A stretch of DNA of 62,517 bases, counting the filler, from Squatina squatina (Eukaryota), in the NCBI GenBank assembly GCA_031763465.1. It is 4 parts of 3 records of this genome, joined end to end, with 100 filler letters (N's around TTAATTAATTAA, not from the genome) between each part and the next. Parts side by side here need not be neighbours in the genome. Positions count along the whole stretch, not along the records: positions 1 to 14,915 come from JARFOE010000219.1; 3 more parts are not named here. One strand, written 5' to 3'. Within the stretch, counting starts at the first letter, position 1, and each line of letters starts with the position of its first letter. The notes under the pieces were generated by a model. That model was not told the origin of the DNA. It did not search any database and saw only the letters and a program-made list of their open reading frames with translations. This document shows, in pieces, positions 1 to 10,909 of this stretch. Made by a program: the position numbers and the translations under genes.

Positions 1-100
1 AGTTAGGCTAAACCTTCATAACTCACTGGTTAGGCCCCAAGCTGGAGTACTGTAGTCAATTCTGGACACCACACTTTACGAAGGATGTGAAGGCCTTGGA
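1..100 (+). mobile_element. CR1 LINE ORF2 C-terminal fragment (degenerate)
   Basis: Frameshifted translation resembles the CR1 motif L-VRP-LEYC-QFW-PH--KDVKALE. Confidence 0.8.
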
Positions 101-447
101 GTCACAACTTTGACTCAGGCGAGAACGCCTGACACCTTAGCACAGCCGAGTGTCGATATGAACCTAATGGATTGATTTTTTTTTTTAAAAATCAGCTGTA
201 AGGAAGACTCATTTCTTTTATTGGACGCACCTGGCCACTATCGGTGGTGATGCTAAGACGCCGTATCGTGACGTCACTACTCTGCGCACACGTGCTGACC
301 CAACGGCCATAGTCAGCTTTCGTATACAGGGAATGGTGCTTCCCACCTCACACCATCGGGCGACCGGTTACCAAACAGATCAGCTGCATGTTACAAAACA
401 AGTGTGGGAGAGTAACTCCATGAGCTTACTCCCTGAAGACCCAGGAT

Positions 448-830
448 CAACAACAACAACTTGCATTTATATAGCATCTTTCAAGTTGTAAAATGTCACA
501 AAGCGCTACACAGGAATGTAATCAGATAAAATTTGACACCAAGCCACATGAGATAGGTTTTAAGGAGCGTCTTCAAGGAGGAGGGAGATGCAGAGGAAAA
601 GGAGGCTTAGGGAGGGAACTCCAGAGCTCAACCACGGCCACCAATGGTGGAACGAGTAAAATCGGGGATATGCAAGAGGCCAGAATTGGAGGAGAGCGGT
701 TATCGCAGGGCTGTTGGGCTGGAGGTGGTGTCAGAGGTCATGGAGGGATTTAAAATCAAGGCATTGCCGGACCGGGAACCAATGTAGATCAGCGAGCACA
801 GGGGTGATGGGTGAACTGGACTCTAATCTC
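448..830 (-). mobile_element. L2-clade LINE 3' end
   Basis: Minus strand encodes SPITPVLADLHWFPVRQCLDFK (L2 RT C-terminus) and ends in gctatataaatgcaag(ttg)n. Confidence 0.8.
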
Positions 831-1525
831 TTACAACAGATGGTGGCAGCTCGGGGAGGAGTAGGGCAAGAAAAGGAAATCACAACCTCGAGGTTCACAA
901 GCCACTCAAGCATTACAGCGCGCAGTGAGACACACAGCCATACCCAATTCAAACGTGAAAGCTATCATGACAACATTAGTGTTGCAACAGAGGTTCGTCT
1001 ATGAGGACATGATCAATTTAGCAGCCGAACACTGCAGTCTGGCTCCAGCCCCGGCTCCGCATGCATGTATAATTAAAAGATGAGAGATTGTCCCATGGGC
1101 TTGAGAGTCTGGAACAGGATGAGTCAGGGATGGGGAAGGGGGGAGGGACAGTGGGTGGGGGAGGCAGAAGAATTAAAAGTGAAACAAAAGATATTACTGT
1201 CCTACAGATACCAGACAAATCAGCACAAAATAAATAAATAACGCACCCAGACTGTGGGCGTGGAGATAAGACAGAGGATCAATACTCATGAGAATGTCCT
1301 GTGGGTATATAAACACAGACACACTTGTGTTTGGGGTCAGGTGAGCAGGGTGGGGGAGGAACAGAGTAGGGTAGGTTTGAATGTGAAAGGAGCCTTACTC
1401 CAATGATGTCAAAACTCCTGCAAATGAAGAAGAGTGACTGGAGCCATAAAACCCTCCTCTCTCTCTGTCAGCTGAATACTTCAAAACCAGCTCCAGTGTA
1501 ATTGATTGCCCATCCCGCCTACGAA

Positions 1526-1551
1526 ATGACTCATCACTTGGAATGACTCAT
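1526..1551. promoter_or_regulatory. Pair of AP-1 consensus sites
   Basis: ATGACTCAT at 1526-1534 and 1543-1551. Motif match only. Confidence 0.3.
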
Positions 1552-1724
1552 GGGATACTGGAAGTCTTTTATCTATTGCTAGCTGCACGGCTGAATGGTC
1601 TCTGGGTGGGAGTGGGAAAAAGCAGTTCATCTCATTTTTGCCCCTCTATGCTGACAAGGAGTTTAAGTGGGAGAGTATCCATTTCCCAGATATCAGAAAG
1701 ACCAATTCACTCTCTTCAGCAACA

Positions 1725-1782
1725 CAGGAAATAGAAAAATAGGTGCAGGAGTAGGCCATTCGGCCCTTCGAGCCTGCACCGC
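1725..1782 (-). mobile_element. CR1 LINE 3' tail at contig edge
   Basis: gaaaaataggtgcaggagtaggccattcggcccttcgagcctgcaccgc; near-identical copy at 5182-5300 and reverse-complement copies near 24574 and 29541. Confidence 0.8.
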
Positions 1783-1882
1783 NNNNNNNNNNNNNNNNNN
1801 NNNNNNNNNNNNNNNNNNNNNNNNNNNNNNNNNNNNNNNNNNNNNNNNNNNNNNNNNNNNNNNNNNNNNNNNNNNNNNNNNN

Positions 1883-3014
1883 CCGCCTCGCTGATTTTTC
1901 CATCCAGCTTCTCATCTTGTACAGCCTGTTTCATGGTGTATGTAAAGGACTCTAGGGTGTTCTTGGCAGCCACCTTTTCACGGTTAGAATCATCCTCGGT
2001 CTTGTAGCGCTCCGAGTCCTGCACCATACGCTCAATATCACTTTTACTCAGCCGTCCCTTGTCATTAGTGATGGTGATCCTGCTTTCTCGGCCTGTGCTC
2101 TTGTCCACAGCTGAAACATTTAGGATGCCATTGGCATCTATGTCAAAGATCACCTCTATTTGTGGCACTCCGCGTGGAGCTGGTGGAATGTTAGAAAGGT
2201 CAAACTTGCCGAGCAGGTTGTTGTCTTTGGTCATGGCCCTTTCACCTTCATATACTTGAACAAGGACACTGGTCTGACGATCTGAATAAGTGGTGAAGAT
2301 CTGAGTCTGCTTGGTGGGGATAGTGGTGTTTCGTTTAATTAGGGGAGTCATGATCCCACCAGCTGTTTCAATACCTAGAGACAGGGGAGTAACATCCAAC
2401 AGCAACAGGTCCTGCACATTTTCAGACTTGTCGCCTGTTAAAATGGCCGCCTGTACAGCCGCACCATAAGCCACAGCTTCATCTGGATTGATGCTCTTGT
2501 TCAGCTCTTTCCCATTGAACAAGTCTTGAAGCATCTTTTGGATTTTAGGGATCCTCGTGGAGCCTCCCACAAGAACAACATCCTGAATCCGTGACTTGTC
2601 GATTTTGGCATCCTGAAGGGCTTTTTCGACAGGCTCCAGTGTGGCTCGGAACAGATCACTGTTCAATTCCTCAAACCGGGCCCTTGTGACGGATGTATAG
2701 AAATCAATACCTTCGTGCAGAGAGTCAATCTCAAGGCTGGCTTGTGTGCTTGAGGACAGGGTCCGCTTGGCACGCTCGCAAGCCGTGCGGAGACGTCTTA
2801 CTGCTCGCTTGCTCTGTGAGATATCATTCTTAAATTTCCGTTTGAATTCCTCAATGAAGTGGTTCACCATGCGACTGTCAAAGTCTTCTCCTCCCAGGTG
2901 AGTGTCTCCAGCAGTAGACTTGACCTCAAAGATGCCATCCTCAATGGTAAGAATAGAAACGTCAAACGTTCCACCTCCCAGGTCAAAGATGAGGACATTG
3001 CGCTCAGCTCCCAC
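1883..3014 (-). CDS. HSPA2: HSP70 family protein, HSPA2-like; large exon covering about residues 189-565 (NBD lobe II, linker, substrate-binding domain), cut by a gap at the 3' end
   Basis: Open frame [22 protein letters not shown]...[14 protein letters not shown]...[13 protein letters not shown]...[11 protein letters not shown], preceded by acceptor ttgtttgtttag. HSP70 identity is certain. The HSPA2 paralog call rests on SVLVQ, KFDL and VAAKN-LES residues plus scaffold position beside ZBTB1. Confidence 0.75.
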
Positions 3015-3661
3015 CTAAACAAACAACCAAATCAACTTAATGGGTACAATCCCCACCAGCGGGGTTTGATCAGAAACAAAACCAAACAAGACAGACATCG
3101 CAAACTAGAAATTCGGACCTACATAAATGTGAGGGCTGTTAACTGAATGAAAGGTTTGAAGGGGCAATATTATCCAATATTACAGAATTATGGAGCCCAA
3201 CAGATGGGTATATTGTAAATATCACTGTTGTAAAGAAAATTAGTTTGAGATGCTGTGTTGTGAAGGACAATGTCTGGACTGGGCTCCATTTTTGACTGAT
3301 TTCTCACTGCGTCCCTTGGAATCACTGGGCAGTTGAATTAATTTAATTCAGTGAACAGTTTTGTGTGGTTCATGGTGGGTGTCGGGATTGTTTAGTGGTT
3401 ATTTTAATCACAGTAGTAGGAGCAGTGTCACATGGTATGTGAGAAAAATTTATTGTACCTGTGCATCAAGTACATTGTAATTGTTGAAAAATATCAGTTA
3501 TAATTATTGCAAATAACAGTAATTGATATATTATTTAAAACACGCACATTTATGAAGGTCCATGCATCAAATACAGTTGTAGTTAGAAGAAAATCAATTA
3601 ACATTTTACAGCCAGTTATACCACTTTATACGTAGCAATCTGCCAAGGACTATACACTTCA

Positions 3662-3792
<131 letters not shown>

Positions 3793-3892
3793 NNNNNNNN
3801 NNNNNNNNNNNNNNNNNNNNNNNNNNNNNNNNNNNNNNNNNNNNNNNNNNNNNNNNNNNNNNNNNNNNNNNNNNNNNNNNNNNNNNNNNNNN

Positions 3893-4634
3893 AGGTGGAG
3901 GCGTAGCAGGCGCGCACGCAGGAACTCCTTGCCGCAGATCTGGCAGGCGAACTCCTTCTCCTTGGTGTGGGTGGTGAAGTGCTCCCGCAGGTGGCACCGC
4001 TGGTAGAAGCCCTTGCCGCAGATGTTGCAGACGTGCTTGCGGCGGTCGTTGCGCTGGGAGGCGGCCTCGCGGGCAGGCTGGCCAAACATGCAGCGGGAGA
4101 CGTGCTCGACCCACAGCTTCTCCTGGTCGAAGGCCCGGGCGCACTGCGGGCACTGGAAGGTGCGCCCCGCGTGCCGGTACATGTGCTCCTGGAGCTGGCA
4201 CCGCTGCTTGAAGCTGCCCCCGCACACCTGGCACGTGAACCGACCCGCCTCGCGTCCCAGGACCCCCGCGGGCGAGGGCTCCCTGGCGGGGGCCGCCGCG
4301 GGGGAGGGGACCAGCTCCCCCCCGGCCTGCCAGTCGAAGAGCGGGTCAGGCGAGCCAAGGCAGCGCTCGGCGTGCTCCCGCAGGCGCCCACCCTTCACCA
4401 GGATGCGGCCGCACTTGCCGCAGGCGCACACGCTCTCCACGTGGTGCGCGACGTAGTGAGCGGAGCGCTCGCTCTCGAGCAGCGCCGCGCCGCACAGCTC
4501 GCAGGCCGGCCCCAGGGGACTTCCCCCTTCCTCCTCCCCCCTCGGCTCCATCTTCAAGACACCTTCCAGTCCATCGTCATCATCCTCCTCCTCCTCCTCC
4601 TCCTCGTCTTCCTCATCCTCCTCCTCGTCCTCCT
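3893..4634 (-). CDS. ZBTB1: Zinc finger and BTB domain protein 1, internal part of the large coding exon
   Basis: CNICGKGFYQRCHLREHFTTHTKEKEFACQICGKEFLRARLLRLH matches ZBTB1 fingers; UBZ-type CPQC...HVSRC finger; lies between HSP70 and MTHFD1 as in human. Confidence 0.9.
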
Positions 4635-4735
4635 NNNNNNNNNNNNNNNNNNNNNNNNNNNNNNNNNNNNNNNNNNNNNNNNNNNNNNNNNNNNNNNNNN
4701 NNNNNNNNNNNNNNNNNNNNNNNNNNNNNNNNNNA

Positions 4736-4870
4736 GTGCTGTTGTGGGAGCTTGCTGTGCGGAAATTGTCTGTTGCATTTCCTACATTACAGCAGTAATT
4801 GATTGGCTGTGAAGCACTCTGGGCTGACCTGAATTTGTGGAAGGCGGTGTACGAGTGTGAATCCTTCGCT
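4736..4870 (+). mobile_element. Deu-type (SacSINE1-like) SINE 3' fragment
   Basis: gctgttgtgggagcttgctgtgcggaaattg...cctacattacagcag...attggctgtgaagcactctggg matches the 3' half of the copy at 38464-38900. Confidence 0.7.
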
Positions 4871-5060
4871 TGAGAGTTCACATGTACAACTGCAACAACA
4901 CAATCTGAAACAATCCAACTGTACTGAATCGAAATGTCAAAAGCATTTGGAAGAATCGGCAGTTCTGCCTGTCTGGACCCTGAACTCCAGAAAGGGAGAG
5001 TGGTGGTAGTGGGGGTGGGTTTGTGGAGCTAACCCTTACCTTTCATTCTGCTGTCATTGG

Positions 5061-5300
<240 letters not shown>

Positions 5301-5574
5301 NNNNNNNNNNNNNNNNNNNNNNNNNNNNNNNNNNNNNNNNNNNNNNNNNNNNNNNNNNNNNNNNNNNNNNNNNNNNNNNNNNNNNNNNNNNNNNNNNNNN
5401 ATGGCCGACTCCTGCTCCTACTTCTTATGGTCGTGGGGTGGGGGGGGGGGCCCCAGTGGCCGAAGGGGGGAGTCACGAGAAAAAAAAAAATCAGAATGTG
5501 AACGAGGAAAGAAAAGAGAAAGAAAACAATTAATTCGTATCTGAATAAAACACATAACTTTAAAAGGAGCACAA

Positions 5575-5925
5575 CAGTGGGACTCAATCGTAAAATGGGT
5601 AATCCATGGGCCCGTCGCTGCCAGGACCTGGGTTCAAATCAAGCCCAGATTGATGGGATGAAAGTTTCCCTGTCTGCTGCTTGTTCAGTCCCACGTGAAA
5701 GAAGTTTGAGTCTCAAATCGGTTTACAAGCAGGTTTGTGCCCTCACAGCATCCAACCACAAGACACCAGAGCTGGGAATGTTTGGTGCTGAGACTGGGTG
5801 CCTTGAATTGTTGTCACTGCACCTCGGGCATACAGTTCACGAACAAAAACCTCAGTGCATGTTTAAACATCACAGCCCAAGAGGCAAACCCACTGATGCT
5901 GCTGCCCATACGCAAGCATCCTACA
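5575..5925 (+). mobile_element. LF-SINE-like element (degenerate)
   Basis: Collinear blocks ctgggttcaaatcaagcccag, gaaagt...tgttcagt...gtgaaa...gtctca and cactgatgctgctgcccat resemble the LF-SINE consensus as recalled. Confidence 0.55.
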
Positions 5926-5951
5926 TGGTAAGCTCGGACCGCATGGGGAAC

Positions 5952-6402
5952 GGGTGCAGTAGGACAGTGGTTACATTACTGGACTAATAATTCAGAGGCC
6001 TGCATCAATATCCAGAGACAAGAGTTCAAATCCCACCATGGCCAGTTTGTGAATTTGAATTCAGTTAATTAAATAAATCTGGAATTAAAAGCAACGGTGA
6101 CCATGAATGCTGTAAAAATCCCAATCTGGTTCACTAATGTTCCTTAGGGAGGGAAATCTGCCGTCCTTACCCGGCCCGGCCTACTTGTGACTCCAGACCC
6201 ACAGCAATGTGGTTGACTTTTAACTGCCCTCTGAACTGGCCTAGCGAGACACTCAGGTGTATCAAACTGCTATGAAAAAGTATAAGAATCCCAACAGCAC
6301 TCACCACACAGATCATAGCGGCTCACCTCCACCTTCTCAGGGCAATTAGAGACGAGCAATAAATGCTGGCCCTGTCAGCAACACCCACAGCCCGAGAATT
6401 AA
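5952..6402 (+). mobile_element. tRNA-derived SINE, near full length (second shark family)
   Basis: A-box-like 5' end, B box gagttcaaatccc near 6022, and tail ggctcacctccaccttctcagggcaattagagacgagcaataaatgctggcc. A minus-strand head fragment lies at about 13450-13570. Confidence 0.8.
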
Positions 6403-7371
6403 AATCGATTCAACTGGCCCGTCAGAACACTAACAGGTATCTGCACCAGGGCCGAAAATGCTGCAAACACATAGCTAGCCAGTGTCCATGGAAAGATCGT
6501 GTCTGAATGCTACGGGCTAGGCCCTTCCATTTTATTTACTGTAGGGATAGAGGGCAAGCGGTTATTGCATCATATGCAACTCGCTGTGAGCTCTCGTTTC
6601 TCCCCCCTTCACCCAACACCAAAAGGAAACTGGTAACTGCTCGCTCATTTCATTCCAATTTGCGGGATCTTGCTTTGTGCAATATGGCTGCTAGCATTTT
6701 ACGCACACAGCGACAGTGATGGCACGAGAAATTTCATTGCGTGATGTACTCTGGGGTGTTTGAGTCACAATATCAATCCCTCTTTCCTTTACCAAGGCAC
6801 TATGGAACCAATGTAATTGGGAGCGAGCTGATCTCCCGTTTATTGCACACAGCGCTCAGTGCTTATTCACAATAGTACTGCATCAAATCAACGCTCGCAC
6901 GTAACACTGAACTTGCCCTCGACGGAATAAACACACACCCACACAGCTGCCCAATGGTGGGCACCGCAGCTCAATTCACTGCATGGACTGCAGGCTGTTT
7001 CAAGATTACAGTAACACACCTCCCGCTTGCCATCCCGGCTCATTTTCTCTTTGCAGCTGACCTGTCTTGTGTTTTGATCACAGCTGCTCCCTCTCCCACT
7101 AACACGCTCCGAAGTCTGAACCGACTTGGAACTTTTGCTCCTTTTTCGAAGATTCGTTTGCCTCAGATTAAACTTTTGACAGTTTTACTGGTAACTGGCG
7201 TGCAGACGTGGTCTTGAGTTTGACAGTATAACTTCGAGCTCACCGGCGTATTTAGTGCACTCTGCCATGCACGTAAAACTAATTCCAAACACATCTGGAA
7301 TATTGAAATGGACAAGAGACAAACTGTTTTTTTCAGTCTCTCTCTCCAAGCGGTCAAGATGCGATACTTAC

Positions 7372-7456
7372 TTGGAGAATAGCCAGCCCAGGCTGAAAGC
7401 CAGGAACCTGTTCCTTCATCTGAATCACTTCATTCTTCAATCGTTCCCTGACTTGT
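7372..7456 (-). CDS. MTHFD1: MTHFD1 exon 2
   Basis: ttccacag|[29 protein letters not shown]|gtaagt, 85 nt, aligning with human [28 protein letters not shown]. Confidence 0.9.
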
Positions 7457-8063
7457 CTGTGGAAAGGAAGAAGAGGAACAAGAGTACCTGTAGTTACTCA
7501 ATCGCTTGATCTCTGGACAGGTTTAAGCACTGAACCCTTCAGACAGGATTCAAAAGCAAAAAAAAACAAAAAAGCTTGTATAAACGTTGCAATTCTTACG
7601 TTGAAGTTTTAACTCCAGACACAACGCTCGCTAAAGTCCTCACACTGCCCAAATTCTTCATCGCGTTTAAGAGGTAGGAAAGCATGCCAGGTAGCTTGGA
7701 GCCCCCAGCACAGAGGGAGGGCACCGTGACAACGAGCGAGTTGCCCTGTACGTTTCCAAAGGAAATGGATGAGAACGACAGGGAGGAAAACAGCTAAACG
7801 TGCCAAAATTCAGCCTGAAAACTGGAGCGTACTAGCCTGTGGCGCTTGCTGGATCAGTGATAGCATTACTTGTTTGCCTGGTCATTGCCTGTGAATTCAG
7901 TTACAATTTTCAGATGTGTTCACTCTCCTCCTTGCCCCCTTCCTCCCACACAAATCCTTCAGCNNNNNNNNNNNNNNNNNNNNNNNNNNNNNNNNNNNNN
8001 NNNNNNNNNNNNNNNNNNNNNNNNNNNNNNNNNNNNNNNNNNNNNNNNNNNNNNNNNNNNNNN

Positions 8064-10453
8064 CCTTTTTTTCTTTACTCCTTTCTCTCTTTACTCCTTT
8101 CTATTTACTCCTTTCTCTCTTTGCCCCTTTCTCTCTTTACTCCTTTCTCTCTTTGCCCCTTTCTCTCTTTACCCCTTTCTCCCTTTACTCCTTTCTCTCT
8201 TTACTCCTTTCTCTCTTTACTCCTTTCGCTCTTTACTCCTTTCTCTCTTTACCCCTTTTTCTCTTTACTGCTTTCTTCCTTTACTCCTTTCTCTCTTTGC
8301 ACCTTTCTCCCTTTATTCCTTTCTCGCTTTACTCCTTTCTCTCTTTAACCCTTTCTCCCTTTACTCCTTACTCTCTTTACTGCTTTCTCTCTTTACTCCT
8401 TTCTCCCTTTACTCCATTCTCTCTTTCCTCCTTTCTCTCTTTATTCCTTTCTCTCCTTGCCCCTTTCTCTCTTCGCTCCTTTCTACCTTTATTCCTTTCT
8501 CTCCTTGACCCTTTCTCTCTTCACTCCTTTCTCTCTTTACTCCTTAGTCTCTTTGCCCCTTTCACCCTTTAATCCTTTCTCCCTTTACTCCTTTCTCTCT
8601 TGACTCCTTTCTCTCATTACCCCTTTCTCACTTTACTCCTTTCTCACTTTGCCCCTTTCTCTCTTTACTCCTTTCTCTCTTTACCCCTTTCCCGCTTTAC
8701 ACCTTTCTCTCTTTTACCTTTTTTTCTATACTTCTTTCCCTCTTTACTCCTTTCTATTTACTCCTTTCTCTCTTTGCCCCTTTCTCTATTTACTCCTTTC
8801 TCTCTTTGCCCCTTTCTCTCTTTACCCCTTTCTCCCTTTACTCCTTTCTCCCTTTACTGCTTTCTCTCTGTACTCCTTTCTCTCTTTGTTCCTTTCTCTC
8901 TTTACACTTTTCTCTCTTTACTTCTTTCACTCTTTACCCCCTTCTCTCTTTACTGCTTTCTCCCTTTACTCCTTTCTCTCTTTACTCCTTTCTATCTTTA
9001 ACCCTTTCTCTCATTACTCCTTTCTCTCTTTACTGCTTTCTCTCTTCACTCCTTTCTCCCTTTACCCTTTTCTCCCTTTACTCCTTTCTCTCTTTGCCCC
9101 TTTCTCTCTTTACTCCTTTCTCGCTTTACCCCTTTCTCTCTTTACTCCTTTCTCCCTTTACTCCATTCTCTCTTTCCTCCTTTCTCTCTTTATTCCATTC
9201 TCTCCTTCTCCCTTTCTCTCTTCGCTCCTTTCTACCTTTATTCCTTTCTCTCCTTGCCCCTTTCTCTCTTCACTCCTTTCTCTCTTTACTCCTTTCTCTC
9301 TTTGCCCCTTTCTACCTTTACTCCTTACTCTCTTTGCCCCTTTCTCTCTCTACTCCTATCTCTTTTTGAACTTTTCTCTCTTTACTCCTTTCTCTCTTTG
9401 CCCCTTTCACCCTTTACTCCTTTATCCCTTTACACCTTTCTCTCTTTAACCCTTTCTCTCTTTGCTCCTTTCTCTGTTTTCCACTTTCTCTCTTTACTCC
9501 TTTCTCTCTTTGCCCCTTTCTCTCTTTACTCCTTTCTCTCTTTGCCCCTTTCTCTCTTTACATGTTTCTCTCTGAGCCCCTTTCTCCCTTTACTCCTTTC
9601 TCTCTTTTCCTCTTTCTCTCTTTACCCTTTTCTCTCTTTGCCCCCTTCTCCCTTTACTGCTTGCTCTATTTGCCCCTTTCTCTCTTTCTTCCTTTCTCTC
9701 TTTAGCTCTTTCTCTCTTTAAACCTTTCTCTCTTTACTCCTTTCTCTCCTTACTCATTTCTCTCTTTGTCCCTTTCATTCTTTGCTCCTCACTCTCTATG
9801 CCCCTTTCTCTCTCTACTACTTTCTCTCTTTGCCCCTTTCTCCCTTTACTCCTTTCTCCCATTACTCCTTCCCTATTTACTCCTTACTCTCTTTACTACC
9901 TTCTCTCTTTACTCCTTTCTCCCATTACTCCTTTCCCTCTTTACTCCTTTATCTCTTTACTCATTTCTCTCTTTGCCCCTTTCCCTCTTTGCCCCTTTCT
10001 CTATTTACTCCTTTATCTCTTTACTCATTTCTCTCTTTACTCCTTTCCCTTTTTACTCCTTTCTCTCTTTGCCCTTTCTCCCATTACTGCTTTCTCTCTT
10101 TACTCCTTTCTCTCTTTACACCTTTCTCTCTTTGCCCCTTTCTCTCCTCACTACTTTCTCCCTTTACTCCTTTCTCTCTTTGCTCCTTTCACTCTTTACT
10201 CCTTTCTCTCTTTACTCCTTTCTCTCTTTGCCCCTTTCTCTCTTCACTCCATTCTCTCTTTGCCCCTTTCTACCTTTACTCCTTTCTCTCTTTACTCCTT
10301 TCTCCCTTTATTCCTTTCTCCCTTTACTCCTTTCTCGGTTTACTCCTTTCTCTCTTTAATCCTTTCTCTCTTTTACCCTTTTTTTCTTTACTCCTTTCTC
10401 TCTTTACTCCTTTCTATTTACTCCTTTCTCTCTTTGCCCCTTTCTCTCTTTAC
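8064..10453. repeat. 16-bp pyrimidine-rich tandem satellite (TACTCCTTTCTCTCTT)n, about 150 diverged units
   Basis: 16-nt period visible directly; it produces the 16-residue LLLSLFTPFSLYSFLS pseudo-ORFs. Confidence 0.97.
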
Positions 10454-10553
10454 NNNNNNNNNNNNNNNNNNNNNNNNNNNNNNNNNNNNNNNNNNNNNNN
10501 NNNNNNNNNNNNNNNNNNNNNNNNNNNNNNNNNNNNNNNNNNNNNNNNNNNNN

Positions 10554-10632
10554 AATTCCAGCGAGTATAAGCCTAGTCTATCCAGTCTTTCTTCATATGA
10601 AAGTCCTGCCATCCCAGGGATCAATCTGGAAT
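10554..10632 (-). mobile_element. CR1 LINE ORF2 fragment
   Basis: IPGMAGLSYEERLDRLGLYSLE. Confidence 0.9.
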
Positions 10633-10635
10633 TTT

Positions 10636-10805
10636 GACTGCTATCCAGTGATCTCTGCCAGAGGTGCGCACATTAAAGTTGGGTGAGAACAGAATTGGAC
10701 TCAGCTGTGATGCACTCCACAGTTACAATAACTTATCAACACTAATTACTTAGGGCTTGCACATGAAGCATAGCCACTTGGGTAAGGTCCTAGAAGGCTG
10801 TCATA
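10636..10805 (+). mobile_element. AmnSINE2-like fragment
   Basis: gctatccagtga...gggtgagaacagaattggactcagctgtgatgc...cacatgaagcatagccacttgggtaaggt matches the recalled AmnSINE2 3' half. Confidence 0.65.
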
Positions 10806-10909
10806 TCTTGAGTATTCATCAATACCTTCAGGAGAAAAAAGGAGAAAACTAAGAAATAAAATTATACAGATATTTGAACTCAATGGGGTAATGTTACACG
10901 AGGCCGTAA

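Noticed and set aside
230-400. CpG-rich patch with CRE (tgacgtca) and E-box (cacgtg), possible exon or promoter
   Set aside because: Short motifs are expected by chance; no recognisable reading frame or good acceptor.
3085-3190. Possible U14 (SNORD14) relic in the intron before the HSP70 exon
   Set aside because: gatgtctg and cattcagtt loosely echo U14 at a plausible distance from the acceptor, but box D reads CTGT and no box C is present. An Rfam cmsearch would be needed.
3967-4812. 281-aa plus-strand ORF and other overlapping ORFs
   Set aside because: Antisense and off-frame shadows of the GC-rich ZBTB1 exon.
8064-10453. CRISPR-like array
   Set aside because: Head-to-tail monomers with no unique spacers, no cas genes, and a vertebrate context.
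7839-10637. Many long Leu/Phe/Ser/Pro-rich ORFs resembling membrane proteins
   Set aside because: They are translations of the 16-bp pyrimidine satellite, which rarely contains stop codons on this strand.
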